Of a stretch of 64,000 nucleotides of DNA, positions 12,066-25,217 are shown one piece after another. How positions within the stretch are numbered: position 1 is the first letter of the stretch; the number at the start of each line of letters is the position of its first letter. The DNA lies in assembly GCA_043228905.1 (NCBI GenBank), contig JBHGNT010000004.1, positions 21,886,001 through 21,950,000 on the forward strand. Direction: 5' to 3'. The notes under the pieces were generated by a model. It was not told where the DNA came from and did not search any database. It saw only the letters and a list, made by a program, of their open reading frames with translations. Source of the stretch: Azolla caroliniana (lineage: Eukaryota > Plantae > Polypodiophyta). The position numbers were made by a program, and so were the translations under genes.

Positions 12066-14173
12066 AAGTGCCGAAACGGAAGAGGGTGCGGGACGAGCCG
12101 CCCTCTTTTACATGGGGAGAAAGACCGACCGGGCGAAGGTCGAGAGTGGGAAAAAGAATGAAAGCCGGTCCTATGGAGTTCCTTACACCGATCCGGCTGC
12201 AGGCCCGAGTGCCGACGTGAGTCCTACAAGAGAGATCGGTGGCGACAGGAGAACGGGACTCGGCAATCCGGAGAAAGACGAACGGACCCGAGCGAGTACC
12301 GGGCGGAGCGGACTCCCGGATGACCATTCCGGGAGGGAGGAAGAGCGCAGGCCTACGAAGAGGCCGAGGACACGGTACGTCGGTACCACGGGAGAGGGTG
12401 CGGAGTAAACCGCCCTCTCGGCATGCGGAAAAGGACGACCCGAGACAGGGTCGGGAAGACAAATCGGCGGTCTACGGAGGATCCTTCACACTGGTTCTAG
12501 AGACTTCGGCAGTCGGCAACACGGTCAACGTAAGACCAAGATACTGACGGTGGCGGCGAGGTGACGAAGGCAAGGGCTACGGATGGGAGGTCTACGGAGG
12601 ATCCTTCACACCGGTTCTAGAGACTTTGGCAGTCGGCAACGCGGTCGACGTAAGACCAAGATACTGACGGTGGCGGCAAGGTGACGAAGGCTATGGGCAT
12701 AAGGAAGTCCGGTCGTATGGGATCCCCACACTTAACCAGAGACTCCGGCTGTTTGGCCAACGTGGCAACGTAAGACCGAGGGAGAAGGGAGGTGGCGGCG
12801 GGAAACGGGACCCGACTACGCGGAAGACACGAGGAGAGTCCGGGAGGGACTCAAACAAAAGGCACCCGAATTTCGGCAAGTATAGAAATGGAGTCCGGTC
12901 CTATGGGACCCTCACACCGATCCGGAGACTCCGGCAGTTCGGCCAACGTGGCCACGTGAGACCTAGGGAGAAGGACGGTGGCGGCAGGGAACGGGACCCG
13001 ACAAGACGAGGTAGCGGATAGGGAGCCGGTAAGACGGGCGGACAAAGTGCGAAACCCTCACCGGCCGGTCATGGTTTCGGAAGGAGCCGGTAGGGGCGAA
13101 CACGGGGAGGTGTGTCAGGTCGGAAAGTCACACCTTGGACAGAACAAGAGTCTCGCAAGTGGCCATCATGGGCCGGATCGAAGCGTGACTACGGGACGGT
13201 GTTCGGCGCGGGCAGGGCCGAACGAAGGAAGCGGAAGACGGCACAAGAAAGGTGCCGGGGACGAGGTGACAAGTGCCTAGTGGACTGCACAGGGTTGGAG
13301 TCGGGGAATGGCAAGAGAGGCCAGAGGAGGATCCTCCACACTCGCTTCGTAGATCTCGGTAGCTCCGTCGAAGTAGCGAAGACTGACACGGCAAGCCCGG
13401 GGTGACAAGCTGGTGGGGGCAAGGGGACGACGGCAAGCGGAAGACTCAGGACCTATCGCGGCAACACGAAGACGGGAAGGGCAAAGCGGGCTACTACGGG
13501 GTGTTCCTCGGATGCAAAGGACGCCGGTATGCGGGTGAGCGGCGATGCACGATCTGGCCGGAAAGGGGGCCGACAAGGCGTGCAATGAACCAGAGTGCAA
13601 CACAGGCAGTGCCAAACAACGGACGAGGGTATGTGGCACACGGAGGTGCCGGAGCGGAAAGGCGAGCGCGGAGATAGGTTGTGCGGTTCGGAGGTAGCGC
13701 GGAGAAGGCCGGAAAGGGATCCTCCACACCGTTCCGGAGACCATGGCGGTTCGAGCCGACGCGACGATGTAAGACCATGGAGAAGGAAGGTGGCGGCGAG
13801 AGGACGAGGGCAACGCGAAATGACATGGGACGGCAATCAGGACGACGCGAATGATCAACGGAGGCCAAGCGGGCTGCTACGGGCGTTCCTCAAACGGAGG
13901 ACATCGGGCATACGGCGGGAAGCGGGGCGTTCATACGGCCGAACAAGGGCCAACGGAAGTACGCGTACTACGGAGATCGCGGTAGAGGACCCATCGACGG
14001 GTCGAATGAGCCTACGGGGAGGTAAGCGCGAAGGAAGAATCGAGGCCGACGGATCAAACCGACAGCGAGCCGGGATGCGGATCACGGAAGACCGGTTTCT
14101 CACCGGCCGAAATCTCTCACCCTTCAACCGGACTTGGCACATACCGGTGGATGTGCGATTAGGTGGGGGCGGA

Positions 14174-14914
14174 TTCGTGAAGAATTTCGGCCAGAGGCGG
14201 AAACCGGGAAACATTGGCTACATCGACGGGGTGCAGCGTGTGTACGCACCCATGTACATTTAGTGTGAATAACGAGGGCGCCTTTATGGCGCCGAAGAGT
14301 AGTCAAGTCGGGACAGACGGTCCCATGTAAGTCGGGGTTTATCCCACATTGTAACGCATCCCTGTCCTTGTTCTATAAAAGGAAGGGAACGCCCTTTGTG
14401 AAGGGGTATACCATTAGGTTTAGTGTTAGCTTCTTCTTCTTCTTCTTCCCCTTCGTGTTCGCTTAGGGTTTGCTTCAGCTCATCTCCTGCGCAAGACCCC
14501 GCTCGGCGTGACGAGCTGAGAGCTCCCCGACGGCGGCTTGGCAGCTGACGACTACTGTAACCTACCTTGGAACGGCTCGAAGCCGGGAATGTATTCTTTT
14601 TTTTATATGTATATACCTTTGTGTCTGTCTGTGTATATTCGCGTCTCTGTTGGTGTCAGGTACTTCCCCCCTTTTTCTGCGTTTCCTATACATAAGAGCG
14701 TGAGTCGGGTCGGCATGTGTGTGTGTGTGCGTGTGTGTGTGCGTGAGTCGGTGTTAAGCGCTCCCTCTCTTTCACTCTCTCCCCTCGGTCGCTTCCGGTG
14801 TTCTTTTGGGATTACCCGGAAACGGTGAAGCACGACTTCTTACCGTCCGTCACTCCCTGGTCCAAGACCCCCGTGGTCCCGCCTTTCTCCACGCACGCGC
14901 GTAACAATGCAACA
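14174..14914 (+). repeat. 3' LTR of gag-only element
   Basis: Follows the PPT and ends ...AACAATGCAACA, then TSD CCGT. The terminal TG has lost its G. Confidence 0.92.
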
Positions 14915-15415
14915 CCGTTCGAACCAGCGACGGAACCGACAGTCGATCAACTACCCCAGTGATGGTCGCTAGACCATGACCAATTCAAGGAGCATAATTA
15001 TAAATATTAAAAAATAAAAAAATAAATTTTTTTTTGAGAAAAATAAAAGAAAAGAAAAGGAAAACAAAAAACAAACAAAACAGAATATCAAATCAAATCT
15101 TGGCATTGTTACTTCTTGGCACTGTCCTTTTTAGACTATAAATGGACAAGCATTCTTATGATTTAATACTTATTACGAGTGATGGATATTGAAGAGGCAA
15201 TAATAGCATATTCTATTCTTATAACGTTTTGTCTTAAGTAATGAACCACTTTTATGCAAATACCATTTCAGTTCGTTTTCCTATCACAGAAAAGCAGAGA
15301 ACACAGGAACACAGGAGCGCAAACGAACATTAGGCATGCATCGAGACAATTCCAACTCCCCAATTCCTCCATAGCACACAACGAGGTCACTAACATAGAT
15401 GACGAATAAGACAAC

Positions 15416-15964
15416 ATGCCGATGCAAGTTTCTAAAAAGTTGTGTTGTTGGTTAAAGACCAACAACTTGGAAGGTTATCTTTGGATAGTGGGCATTGAAC
15501 CTCACCCATAGGCAGCTGAAATAATCAAGCAAATCGACGTTGATAAAATAACCAATCAACAGGTACTTGGATTCTTAAATCTAAAGAAAGAAGGCTATAA
15601 TGTAATGGACACATGGAAGCAGCGATGCTCGAATCCTATTTTGGTGAATACTCTCCTCCGGCCAAAACATATCGAACACAAGGAGGTGAGGATGTATTCT
15701 TTCATGATGTAGCAAGATTTCTGTTGGAAGTGGCTTGTGTAAGCCCACGACAATACTACATGCTCAAAAAATGGGTTGGGTTCATCATTGCAACATACGA
15801 AGGCGCTAAAGTCGATTGGGGATATATCATTGGTGTCGCACTTAGAAAACAACTGCACGAGGTGCAGAATGGGAAATCCATGACGCTGATTTTTGCATGG
15901 TGGTTGGCCATATTATCTCCCACTCCAGTAGTTGATACAAGACATAAGACCTCGAAGAAGGAAA
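15416..15964 (+). pseudogene. Additional 3' ORF of the host Gypsy, truncated by the Copia insertion
   Basis: Reading frame downstream of integrase (..YEGAKVDWGYIIGVALRKQL..) is of the kind seen in Athila/Tat extra ORFs and runs into the Copia LTR at 15965. Confidence 0.5.
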
Positions 15965-18041
15965 TGTTGAGAAATAGGTCCCTCTGGATGAGAACCGGGC
16001 AAGCCTGAAGACGGGACTGGATGGGTATCCGGATACCAGATCGGATGGATGCGGAAGGAGTCCGGCCAGATCCTGTATGAACCAGCAAGTAGGAAAATAT
16101 TTGTAAATAGCTCATAAGTTATATGAGTATAAATATAACTAGGGCAAATAGTGTTTTATGGGTTGTTATAATTGTAGTTGTTATTGTACAGAGAGATAGA
16201 GAGAGAGAGAGAGAGACTAGGAGAGAAATAAACATAAAAAGCTTTAAATCTGTTGTAACTGTCGGTTGGCGAAGGTAGACCTCGAGGTTGTTGCCTCTAA
16301 GTCTCATATTGTTGTACCTCTCCTCTATAGTGATCCTGTTTGGAGTTCCGAGAACTCCCGTGGTTTTGCCTCTTGAGGTTTTCCACGTTCATACTCTGTG
16401 CCGTCTTATTTTCTGGTTTCTATTTTCTTTCATTGAGTGAGCGAGACTCGGTTGTGGCCGAATACTATTCCACACAAACTGGTATCAGAGCATGAAAGAT
16501 CCATTCGGCGGTGTGTTCAAGCTCACCGGCTCCAACTACTTAGTGTGGAAGTCGAAGATAAGGGACATGCTCATGGTTAAAGATCTCTGGTTGCCAGTAC
16601 AGTTCGAGGACAAAAGACCAAAAAAGATTGATGCATCAACATGGGAGCCTATATACGATGCTTCATCGACATTAGCCTATACAATAGCTTCAATGAAGAG
16701 AGTAAGGCTCATGAACTCTAGGAGAAGATAGGCATCATGTTTGAGAACAAGAATGTTGTAAACCGAGCCTCAGTCTTCCGAAAGTTAGTGAGACTAAGAT
16801 ACCAAGACGGCTCCAGTATGGTTGAGCACACGAATGCCTCCCAATGGTTGATAAACCAAACAACCTCGTTGGAAGTACCTCTAGCTGACGAGGTACTCGC
16901 GTTGTTGCTACTCAGTTCCCTCTCGGATAGTTAGGAGACGTTAGTTGTAACTTTGGGCAACGCTTAGCCGGAAGGTAAATACTTGTCCCTAGCAAGGGTA
17001 AAATCAAGCTTGTTGGACAAAGAAGCTCGCCGGAAGGCCCGGGAGTCTCGAACCAATCTGAAGGCCTTGGTTACGGAAGACGACTATAACTGGGGAAGAG
17101 GCCGGAATTGGAGTCCCCGGAACTGGGAAAATTATGGGACGAGGTCGACGTCTAGGGGGAGGCCCACCTGCTTCTCTGTGGTAAGTCGGGGCACTTTCAG
17201 AAGAATTACCGACACTTCTGGAAGGAGAAAGGAACTGACAATGCCGACTCAAAGAAGGGTCCGGATCATAAAGGAACAACGGAAATCGTGACAAGTGAAA
17301 AAGAACTATTGCTTATCACCGAGTGCTTCTCATTTTACAGAGTTGATGATCACAATTCTTTTTGGATGGGAAATGAATCTGCATGCCGAATTGTCGTCAT
17401 AGGAGACGTGTGGTTGACAACGTCAACCTGGTGCAAGTTGTTGCTGAAATATGTACGACACGTTCTAGATGTTCGGTTGAACCTTATATCAATGGTGAGA
17501 CCCACAACAAAGGAAGCCTGATTGTGGCCCGAGCCCGAAAGATCAACACGTTGTACTTGATGCTGGCCCGGATTTTCCGGGAAGAGGTGAACGTGGCATC
17601 CGACAATGCCAGTGAGTTGTGGCACAAGAGGTTGTGCCACATAAGCTAGAAAGAGATGCGTAAACTTGCCAAGGATAACCTCATTCCGGAGGTGAAAGAC
17701 GTGCAACTTGAGACGGCAAGCAAAACCAAACCTCCTTTCAGACAAGACCACTAATGAGATGGATTGTACCGTTGGAACTTGTGCATACCGATGTATGCCA
17801 AGTGGACACGAAGCCACATGTTGGGTCACAGTACTTCGTGGGTCTCATCGTAGAAGACAAAGGACCAGTTATTATCCATCTTCAAGGACTTCCATGTGAG
17901 AGTGGAAAGGGAAACCGACCGGAAGTTGAAGGCGGTTCGAGTGGACAATGGAGGAGAATTTTGGGGGCAATTCGAGGAGTACTGTCGGGCGAAGGGAATC
18001 CGGCTCGAATTTACCGTGCCGAAGACACTAGAGTTGAACGG
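15965..18041 (+). mobile_element. Ty1/Copia element (Tnt1/Tork-like), 5' part only
   Basis: LTR TGTTGAGAAA...CACACA (15965-16476), tRNA-iMet PBS TGGTATCAGAGC (16480-16491) and gag KLTGSNYLVWKSK. GAG-pre-integrase LWHKRLCH and integrase VRVDNGGEF...TVPKTLELNG follow, cut by Gypsy A. Confidence 0.9.
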
Positions 18042-18739
18042 TGTCGCGTTGTTATGCGCGTGCGTGGAGAAACGAGGCAGGACCACCGGGGTCTTGAACC
18101 GAAGAGCAGGTGATAGAAGGGGAAAGAGAAAGAGAGAGACACCCGGTTACGTATGAGCAAAGGAACACAGGGGCACGACCCGTCAATGCAGAAGACGCGA
18201 ATGGACACAGAGACAGAGAGACACAAATGTTTGTATATTAACGAATAACAAACAAACAACAGAGCACGCGAGCTGTTACAACCGAACAGGCCGACGAACA
18301 GATGCCGATGCCTGTTCGTCTGCGCACGAAGAGGGGATAGGATGGAGGTGCTGCCGGAAGCACACGGGCGTTCCTCGAAGCAGTGCGAGCCTCCCGAAAA
18401 CCTGCAGAGAAGAGCAATAGATAACAAACAGAGAAGAAGCGTTCGGTTACGGTCCGACAACACTTCGTCGTCCTCAATGCGCGATCCCCTTCTCCCCGCG
18501 TCTCCCTCTCTTTTATAGCTTCAAGAAGGGAGCCGTTTCCCTCATTAACTTCCTACCTACCGAATCTAACTACCTAGGATATGCCTTTGTACTTAATTCT
18601 CTATTATATACATTAAACGGCGCGCACGCGTGAAGAGCCGGTTCACGCGCGTTATGCACCGATTGCTCTAAGGGACGGTTTTCTTCACGACATCCGCCCC
18701 CACCTAACTGCGCATCCACCGGTATGCACCAAAATTGGG

Positions 18740-21700
18740 TTCTGGTTGGAGAAAACCGGTCTGGGTTCCGGTTCCTCGTCCATCGGTTCGTCCTCTGTCT
18801 CGAACTGTTCGTCGTTGTTGTCTAGGCCTCTTAGATCCGGTTCGCCGTCGTGGCGCTTCTTGAACGCTTTGATCCGCTTCCCCACCACTGGTATCGCCAT
18901 CCTCGGACCGTCGAGTTCGGCCAGGTGATACGTCCCGTTGTCGTTGGCACTCATTACCACGTAAGGCCCGAACCACTGCTTTGCAAACTTCCGTGTTGCT
19001 CGGTGCTAGTTGTCGAGGCTGCTCTCGTAGACTAGCACCCAGTTGTCTTCCTCGATTTTCTTTGGTCGGAGCCGGTGCGTTCCGTCGAACCGGGCTTTTT
19101 TCCTCATCCTCGCCGCCCGAAGTCTCTCCGCCGCTCGTTCCACATCCTCTGGCCTCCGCTCGAGCTGCCGTATACGCGTTGCTAGCAGTTCTTCTCGGCT
19201 CATCTCGTCTCTCCAGTCCACTGTCGCCCAAGAGGAGATCGTCCGTTCCATCGGCATGATCGGCTTCTATCCGAACATGAGCTCTGACGACATGAACCCG
19301 GTTACCGAACTGTGTGTTGTCCAGTCCGCCCACAAGGCATAGGGTAACAGTCGTGGCCAGTTCCCGACTTGGCCTTCGCACGCCCGGACTAGCGCTTTGA
19401 CGATCGGTTCGTGTCCGCGCTCCACCTTCCCGTTCGCCTCCGGATTGTATGCTGTGGTGAGCGAGAGCTTGACCCCTAACCGGTCGAACAACTCCTCGGC
19501 CTCTTCGGCGTCCAACTCCTCACGGTCAGCCACGATCTTCCCGACGCACCCGTACCGGCATATCACGTCCTCGATCAGGAACCGACACACGACCGCGGTC
19601 GTTTTTCTTTGCAGGGCTCGGCCTTCCACTTGGTTCGTCAGGTCCTCCCGATCCAACACCAGATATCGCATATGCCCTACACCCATCGGTATCGTCACCA
19701 AATCTACCATCCATTTGAAATGGATGGCCGGAGGGTAAGTAGGGTGAAGCTCGTCCTGATGTCGGACTATGGAGTGCATCTGACAGCTCTCACAAGTTTT
19801 CATGAACCGATGCACGTCCCGGTACAGTCCCGGCCACCAGTACTTCCCCTTCAGTTTCTCGAACGTGGCCCACGTCCCACGGTGTCCAGCCCAGGGGCTG
19901 TCGTGGTAGGCCTTCGGAAACTCCTTCTGTTCCTCCTCCATCGCCACCACTCGGAGCGGGATGCCGTTTCTCTTCTTCGGGTGCTTCCATAAGTATCCAT
20001 CCCGGAGAAAGAATCGGTATGCTTTCTTCCGGATCTGGTTGGCCTCGTTCTTTGTCCATGACGCGTCCGGCGTCATCGTCCTCAAGAATCCCCCAATCTG
20101 CAGCCACTCCCCGTTGTACTTGCTCTTGTCGAAATCGTTAAGCGCCGGAGTGCTCCCTCCCTCGGTTGTTACGTGGGCCGCCTCGAAGAAGTCTACACCG
20201 ACTTCCTCGTCTTCCGAAACCATGCCACCCTCGTCGTCGAATTGCGCCCTCGAAAGCATGTAGGCCATGGCATTGTCTTTCCTGGAAATGTGTCGTATTT
20301 CCGGATCCAGGGACTTGATGTATGCTATCCACCTGAGCATTGCCAGGTCCGGGGTTGCGCATCCGGAAACCATGCCGAGAATCGGCAGGCAGTCCGTCTC
20401 GATAATCACTTCTGTCCCGATCAGATAGTCTTTATCGGCCTTCACCGCCGAAACGATACCCCAGAGTTCGCGTTTTACCTGGGCATATCCTCGTTGTCGC
20501 TCGCTGAGGACCTTCGCGCCGAACCGGATGGGGAACCGAATGCAGTCCTCATCTTCTTGGTTGACGACCCATCCGATCCTGGTCGGACTTGTATCTACCG
20601 TTATGTACATGGGAGTACCTTTCTCGTAGACAGCCTTCCGGAGTGCCGGAGCTGCAACAAGAGCCTCCTTCATCTTTCGGACCGACTCCGTATGCTCGTC
20701 CCGCCACTCGAATTTTCGCCCCTTTTTCAGCAACCCGTATAGCGGCTCGGCAACGTGGGTGTAATGCGGGATCCATATGTGGTAGAACGCGCACGCTCCC
20801 AAGAACCTCCGTACCTCCGTGACCGAGTTCCAGTCGGGCTTCATTGCGGAGATGGCTTCCACCTTAGCCGGAGACGGTTTCCGGCTATACGGTCCACATA
20901 GATGTCCGACGACCATGATCTCTGATTGCCCGAAGGCCGATTTCTCCCCGGAGAAGGTGAGCCTTGCGTCCTCTAGCCTCTGCAGCACCCTCTCGTAGTC
21001 GTCAATGTGTGTCGCCACGAATTTCCGACATCCGTCCGGTCCGATCGTTTCGTCCTTGTCTTCCACCAGACATCCCTTGATCGGGATATCATAGAAGAAT
21101 GGCATGGTGATGTCCGGGATACAATCCCTCAACACATTGTTCATCGCATTCACAATGTGGGCCACCGAGTTCGTCCGCATCTGCACTAGGCCGAGAGGAG
21201 TCTGCATCGTCGTAATGTCTCTGCTCTCTACGGCTAGTTGGAACTGATCGTACCCCGAGTACAGATCACCGACCGAGTAGATCGACCTTCCGGCGAAGGC
21301 TTCCGCGAACTCGTCTATCGTTGGTCCGATTCCTGCGTTCCGAATGGTCACCCTGTTGACCGGTTGCAGGTCTTGAATGAAGCGCAACGTCCCGTTCTTC
21401 TTCGGTACGGTAAACCACCGGTTAGAGTACGGGGCACTCGACGGTTCGAGGATGCCCATATTGATTATCTGCCTCAACAGCTCCATCAGCTCCGGGATGT
21501 GAGCTCTCGGTACCGGAATTGGTTTGAGATTCCACGGCACATGCGGTACCGTGAATATCACCATCGGCTTCACGACTGTCCGGTCTACGCACCCGATCTC
21601 TCCCGGCGAGAATGCGAAGGCTTTCCCGTGCCTTCCGAGCATTCTCCGAAACCGGTCTTCTTCCGCCGGCAGTAGGAACCGCCCCCACCGATTTTTAGCT

Positions 21701-22243
21701 CCTATAGCGTTCTGTCGGTGAAGGCGTGTCCTATGCAGGCCGGATCACGTAAACTGGGGTCCGACGCGACCCCCTTGATTCGCAACTCGCTGCCCTCAGG
21801 TAAGGGTGTCGTGACTGGCCTTACCTTCCGGTCTACAGTCTTGTACTTCGTGTTAACCTGGGCCGTCCGATCCGACTCGAGCCCTCGACTGAAGTCCGCC
21901 ATGACTTCGTACATCTCTTCTGAACAAACCGGTATCGTCCGGTCCCCTTTAAGGCCCTCTCCGACCACCTCTCGCAGTATTCCCAAGGTATCGTCGAAGG
22001 AGACTGCCTCCACGGCTCTGTTGATTTCCTCGCTGGGCCCGAGAACTCTGCATGCTCGAAGTCGCTCTTCCGCCCTTGTCTTTTCTCGGCCAACGACGCC
22101 GACTATCGTACACCCTCCGTTGTCGGAGAAACAAAACTTCCTACTTATGGTACAAGGTTTCTTCGGTTTCGCCTCTATCGTATATTTGTGGGGTTTTCAC
22201 GGAGTGTCTGGACTATCGCGGCCCCATGCCTTGGCAACCCTCT
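18740..22243 (-). pseudogene. Gypsy A pol (RT-RNase H-integrase), disrupted
   Basis: ORF fragments at 21702, 19267 (791 aa), 19006 and 18685. The RT motif is damaged (PFFYDIPIKG versus PFLDDIPIKG in B). Confidence 0.9.
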
Positions 22244-24148
22244 CTAAAAATCCTCTCGGTTCTCGCCACCGAGGGACTCGCGGTTTCGCTCGTGGTTCGG
22301 TCGCACCGTTAGGAACTGGACCGAATGACACCCGTCCTGACTCTTGACCCTCGCATAAGCCGACCCGTTGTCCAGCACCTTGGTCTCCATCCGCGGTGCC
22401 GTAATGTACGGTTCTCCCAGTATGACTGGGTGCGAGGACGTCTCCTGTACAAAGAAGTGCTGATCTATCTCGACGTCGCCGATCTTGACTCGCACGTTTG
22501 GGCAGGCCGCGTGTAGTTCCTCGGTGGCGCGCGTCGCCGCCCGTATCTTCCACCCGTGCTTGGTGTTGATCGGCCATTTCCCCTTCTTGTAGAAGTCCAT
22601 GGACATCAGGTTTATTTCCGAACCGTGGTCCACCAACGCCGCCACCGGTTCCTGAACATCTCCGATCTTCACCGGGGTTTCCGTGGTCACTCGGGCCCAG
22701 TGTGGCTACGAGTAGTGGCTCTCCGCCTACTCATCTTCCAGCGCCATGTCCTCTATGTGTGTCGTCCGCACCTCCACCGGCCTTTCCGGTTCTGTCTCCG
22801 TCGATAGCCTCTTCCTCTTCACCAAGTCTACGATGGAGTCGTGGAACTCCATCTTGGCGATTCCGAGCACCTCCCGCAACGATAGTTCCACCTTGCTGTC
22901 GAGGATTCGTTCTTCCAGGAACTTTCGTAGGTTCGTGGTCCTTTCGATCTCCGTGCCCAAACGGTATCCGCCCTTCTTGTGGTTATCCCGGGCACTGATC
23001 TTACCAGCCTCGTTCTGTTTCGGCTAGAACCCGGCTTTGCTCTCCTTCCGGGCCTCGCTGCCTCTGACCCGAATACCGGCTGACGCTGAGTAGTGGACGA
23101 TCTCCGCGTGCCAGGCCGCCGCCTCTTCCATCAGCCTTTTCATTCCTCCTCGCCCGTCGTTTCGGTTCAGGGCCCTCCGGGTATCGCTGGCGTGCACCCG
23201 TCCTTCCCACAGGTACACTACCCGGCTTCTCAAAGCCTCCGCAAAGTCCCCGTAGTCTTTCCGGATGTGGCCGATGTCGTCGTACCATATGCACCTATTT
23301 CCTGCCGGAGGGCTTCGGTCACGAGCCTGTTCGCCGCCTTCCCTCCGAGCCTGGGCGATTTGGAGATCCTTTACCGCACGTGTCAACTCCTCCAAAGTTG
23401 TTCCCCCGGACAAGCCTCTGACCACGCCGGTCGAAGCCGAACCGGTTTCGAGCCACTCCCAGGTCTCTTCCCTTCGCGCCTGTGGTATTGGTTCGAGCTT
23501 CCTTGCTGCGACAGGTCCCGCCCCGGTCGCTCCTGTATCAGCCCACTCCCACCGTTTGTCAAAACGGCCGCAGACTCTTTTTACCGTGGCCCAGTCGGCC
23601 GTCAGCTCGTCTTCGGTTTCCAGTAAGGAGCCCACTTGCTCCCGATCCCGTGCGTCAACCGATTTGACAAACAGTAGGACACGACTTGTGTCCAGAACGG
23701 TCCAATCGAGCGCCAAAAGGCGCGCAAAGCGTTCCTCAAACTCCTGGAGGAGTACTGACGCATTTCTTCCTTTGTTGGGGGACTCCACCCACTCCATGAA
23801 ACCCCGCTTCGAAAGTCGAAGCGCGTCATCCAGCTCGTATTTCTCCAGGAGCCGTCCTTCGAACTCCTCCCAGGTCTGGCTCTCCGCCCGGACCTCGAGC
23901 ACCTCCGCATGGATGCCCGGCATCGCCACTCGAGGGAATCCGGCAAGAGACCTCTCTTCCGGAATATCTCTCATCAACATCTCCGCCCGGTAGGACGCCA
24001 AATAACTCGTGGCATCCTTTCCACTGAACTAGCCGATCATACCGACGATCGCCTCAATAGCCCTGTCAAGGGCGCCGGTGCCCTCGCGCGCGCTCACTAT
24101 CCAGTCCACGGTCGAAGCCATGGCCTCTGCAAGATCCGACCCCCTCAT
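22244..24148 (-). pseudogene. Gypsy A gag-protease, disrupted and internally deleted
   Basis: ORFs at 23024, 22727 and 22244. Knuckle CIWYDDIGHIRKDY and protease LVDHGSEINL. Confidence 0.88.
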
Positions 24149-25217
24149 CTTCTGCTCCTCTGCCGCCTTGTTCTCATCGGGTTCACGAAATATGTCGCGT
24201 TGTTACGCGCGTGCGTGGAGAAACGAGGCGGGACCACCGGGGTCTTGAACCGAAGAGCAGGTGATAGAAGGGGAAAGAGAAAGAGAGAGACGCCCGGTTA
24301 CGTATGAGCAAATGAACACAGGGGCACGGCCCGGCAACGCAGAAGACGCTGTCAAGATATTACGCAAGTGCGTGTGGAAACGAGGCGGGACCGCGGCGGT
24401 CTCGAACCAAAGAGCAAGCGAGGGAGGAGAAAGAGAGAGAACCGGCTACGCAGGACCGGGGATACACAGGGACACGGCCCTTCAGCATGGAGAACGCGAA
24501 CAGACACCGACACAGACAGATGCGAATGACTAAATATGTATATTAAGGAAAATGGCTAACACGACTACAACCCTCGATGGGGCACAGGTTGGTTACAACC
24601 GAACAGGCCGGCGAACAGATGCCGATGCCTGTTCGCTTCGACGCACAAAGGGGTAGTAGGTCGGTCGGAGGTGCTGCCGGAAGCACTCGGGCGTTCCTCA
24701 AAACAGCGCGAGCCTCCTCGGAACCCTGCACAGAAAAGCTATGGAGCTCAAGAAGGAAGGAAACAGACAGAGAAGCGTCCAGAAACGGTCCGACAGCACT
24801 TCGTCCTCTCTGCGCGAGATGCCTGCAACAGCTCTTTCCTGCTCCTTATATAGGCCGACGAGCAGGCTGTCATGTCAGCTTTATTCCCTGTCCCTTTTGG
24901 ACAGGGATCCGCTCCGTCCTTCACACGTCCGCGTACTTACGCCGCCGACTCGTACAGTTCCTTCGCTCGCGCGCGCGACCGAAAAGACTGTTCGCGCGGT
25001 CTTTGTCTCCACTTGTGTTAGGGCCCGTTCCTGCCGATTATCCTCCTAATTCGCTTCTATGTACAACTTGGAGCTCGCGCGCGTGAAGAACCGGTTCCCA
25101 CGCCTGGGTGCGCCGATTCCGCCTATGGACGGTTTTCTTCACGACATCCGCCCCCACCTAACCGTGCATCCTCCGGTATGCGCCAAGAGAGTTGGGACGG
25201 AGAAAACCGGCCCGTCT

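Larger units (their letters stand above)
9826..14914 (+). mobile_element. Non-autonomous gag-only LTR retrotransposon (TR-GAG-like)
   Basis: Two ~750-bp LTRs (9826-10591, 14174-14914) and a 4-bp TSD CCGT (9822-9825, 14915-14918). tRNA-Trp PBS, PPT AGGTGGGGGCGGA (14161-14173), gag-like ORF, and no recognisable PR/RT/INT motifs. Confidence 0.9.
4837..15964 (+). mobile_element. Degenerate Ty3/Gypsy LTR retrotransposon (non-chromovirus, Athila/Tat-like), host of the nest; 5' boundary approximate, 3' LTR not seen
   Basis: PBS at 5088, gag zinc-knuckle remnant CYICRKDGDYANQW, protease IVDEGSRVNVI, RT (FLDGFSGYNQV, VFLDDF), RNase H, then zf-H2C2/integrase (STPHYPQANR, GPY/F-like LKPYRG). Many stops and frameshifts. 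Confidence 0.85.
18042..24349 (-). mobile_element. GC-rich Ty3/Gypsy element A (tRNA-Trp family)
   Basis: 3' LTR 18042-18692, PPT 18693-18705, gag-PR then RT-RH-INT, and a mutated PBS near 24173-24188. The 5' LTR is truncated (24193-24349) by element B. Confidence 0.92.

Noticed and set aside
12469-12691. Repeat-spacer pattern resembling a CRISPR array
   Set aside because: Units are over 100 bp, degenerate and inside an LTR element in a eukaryote, and there are no cas genes.
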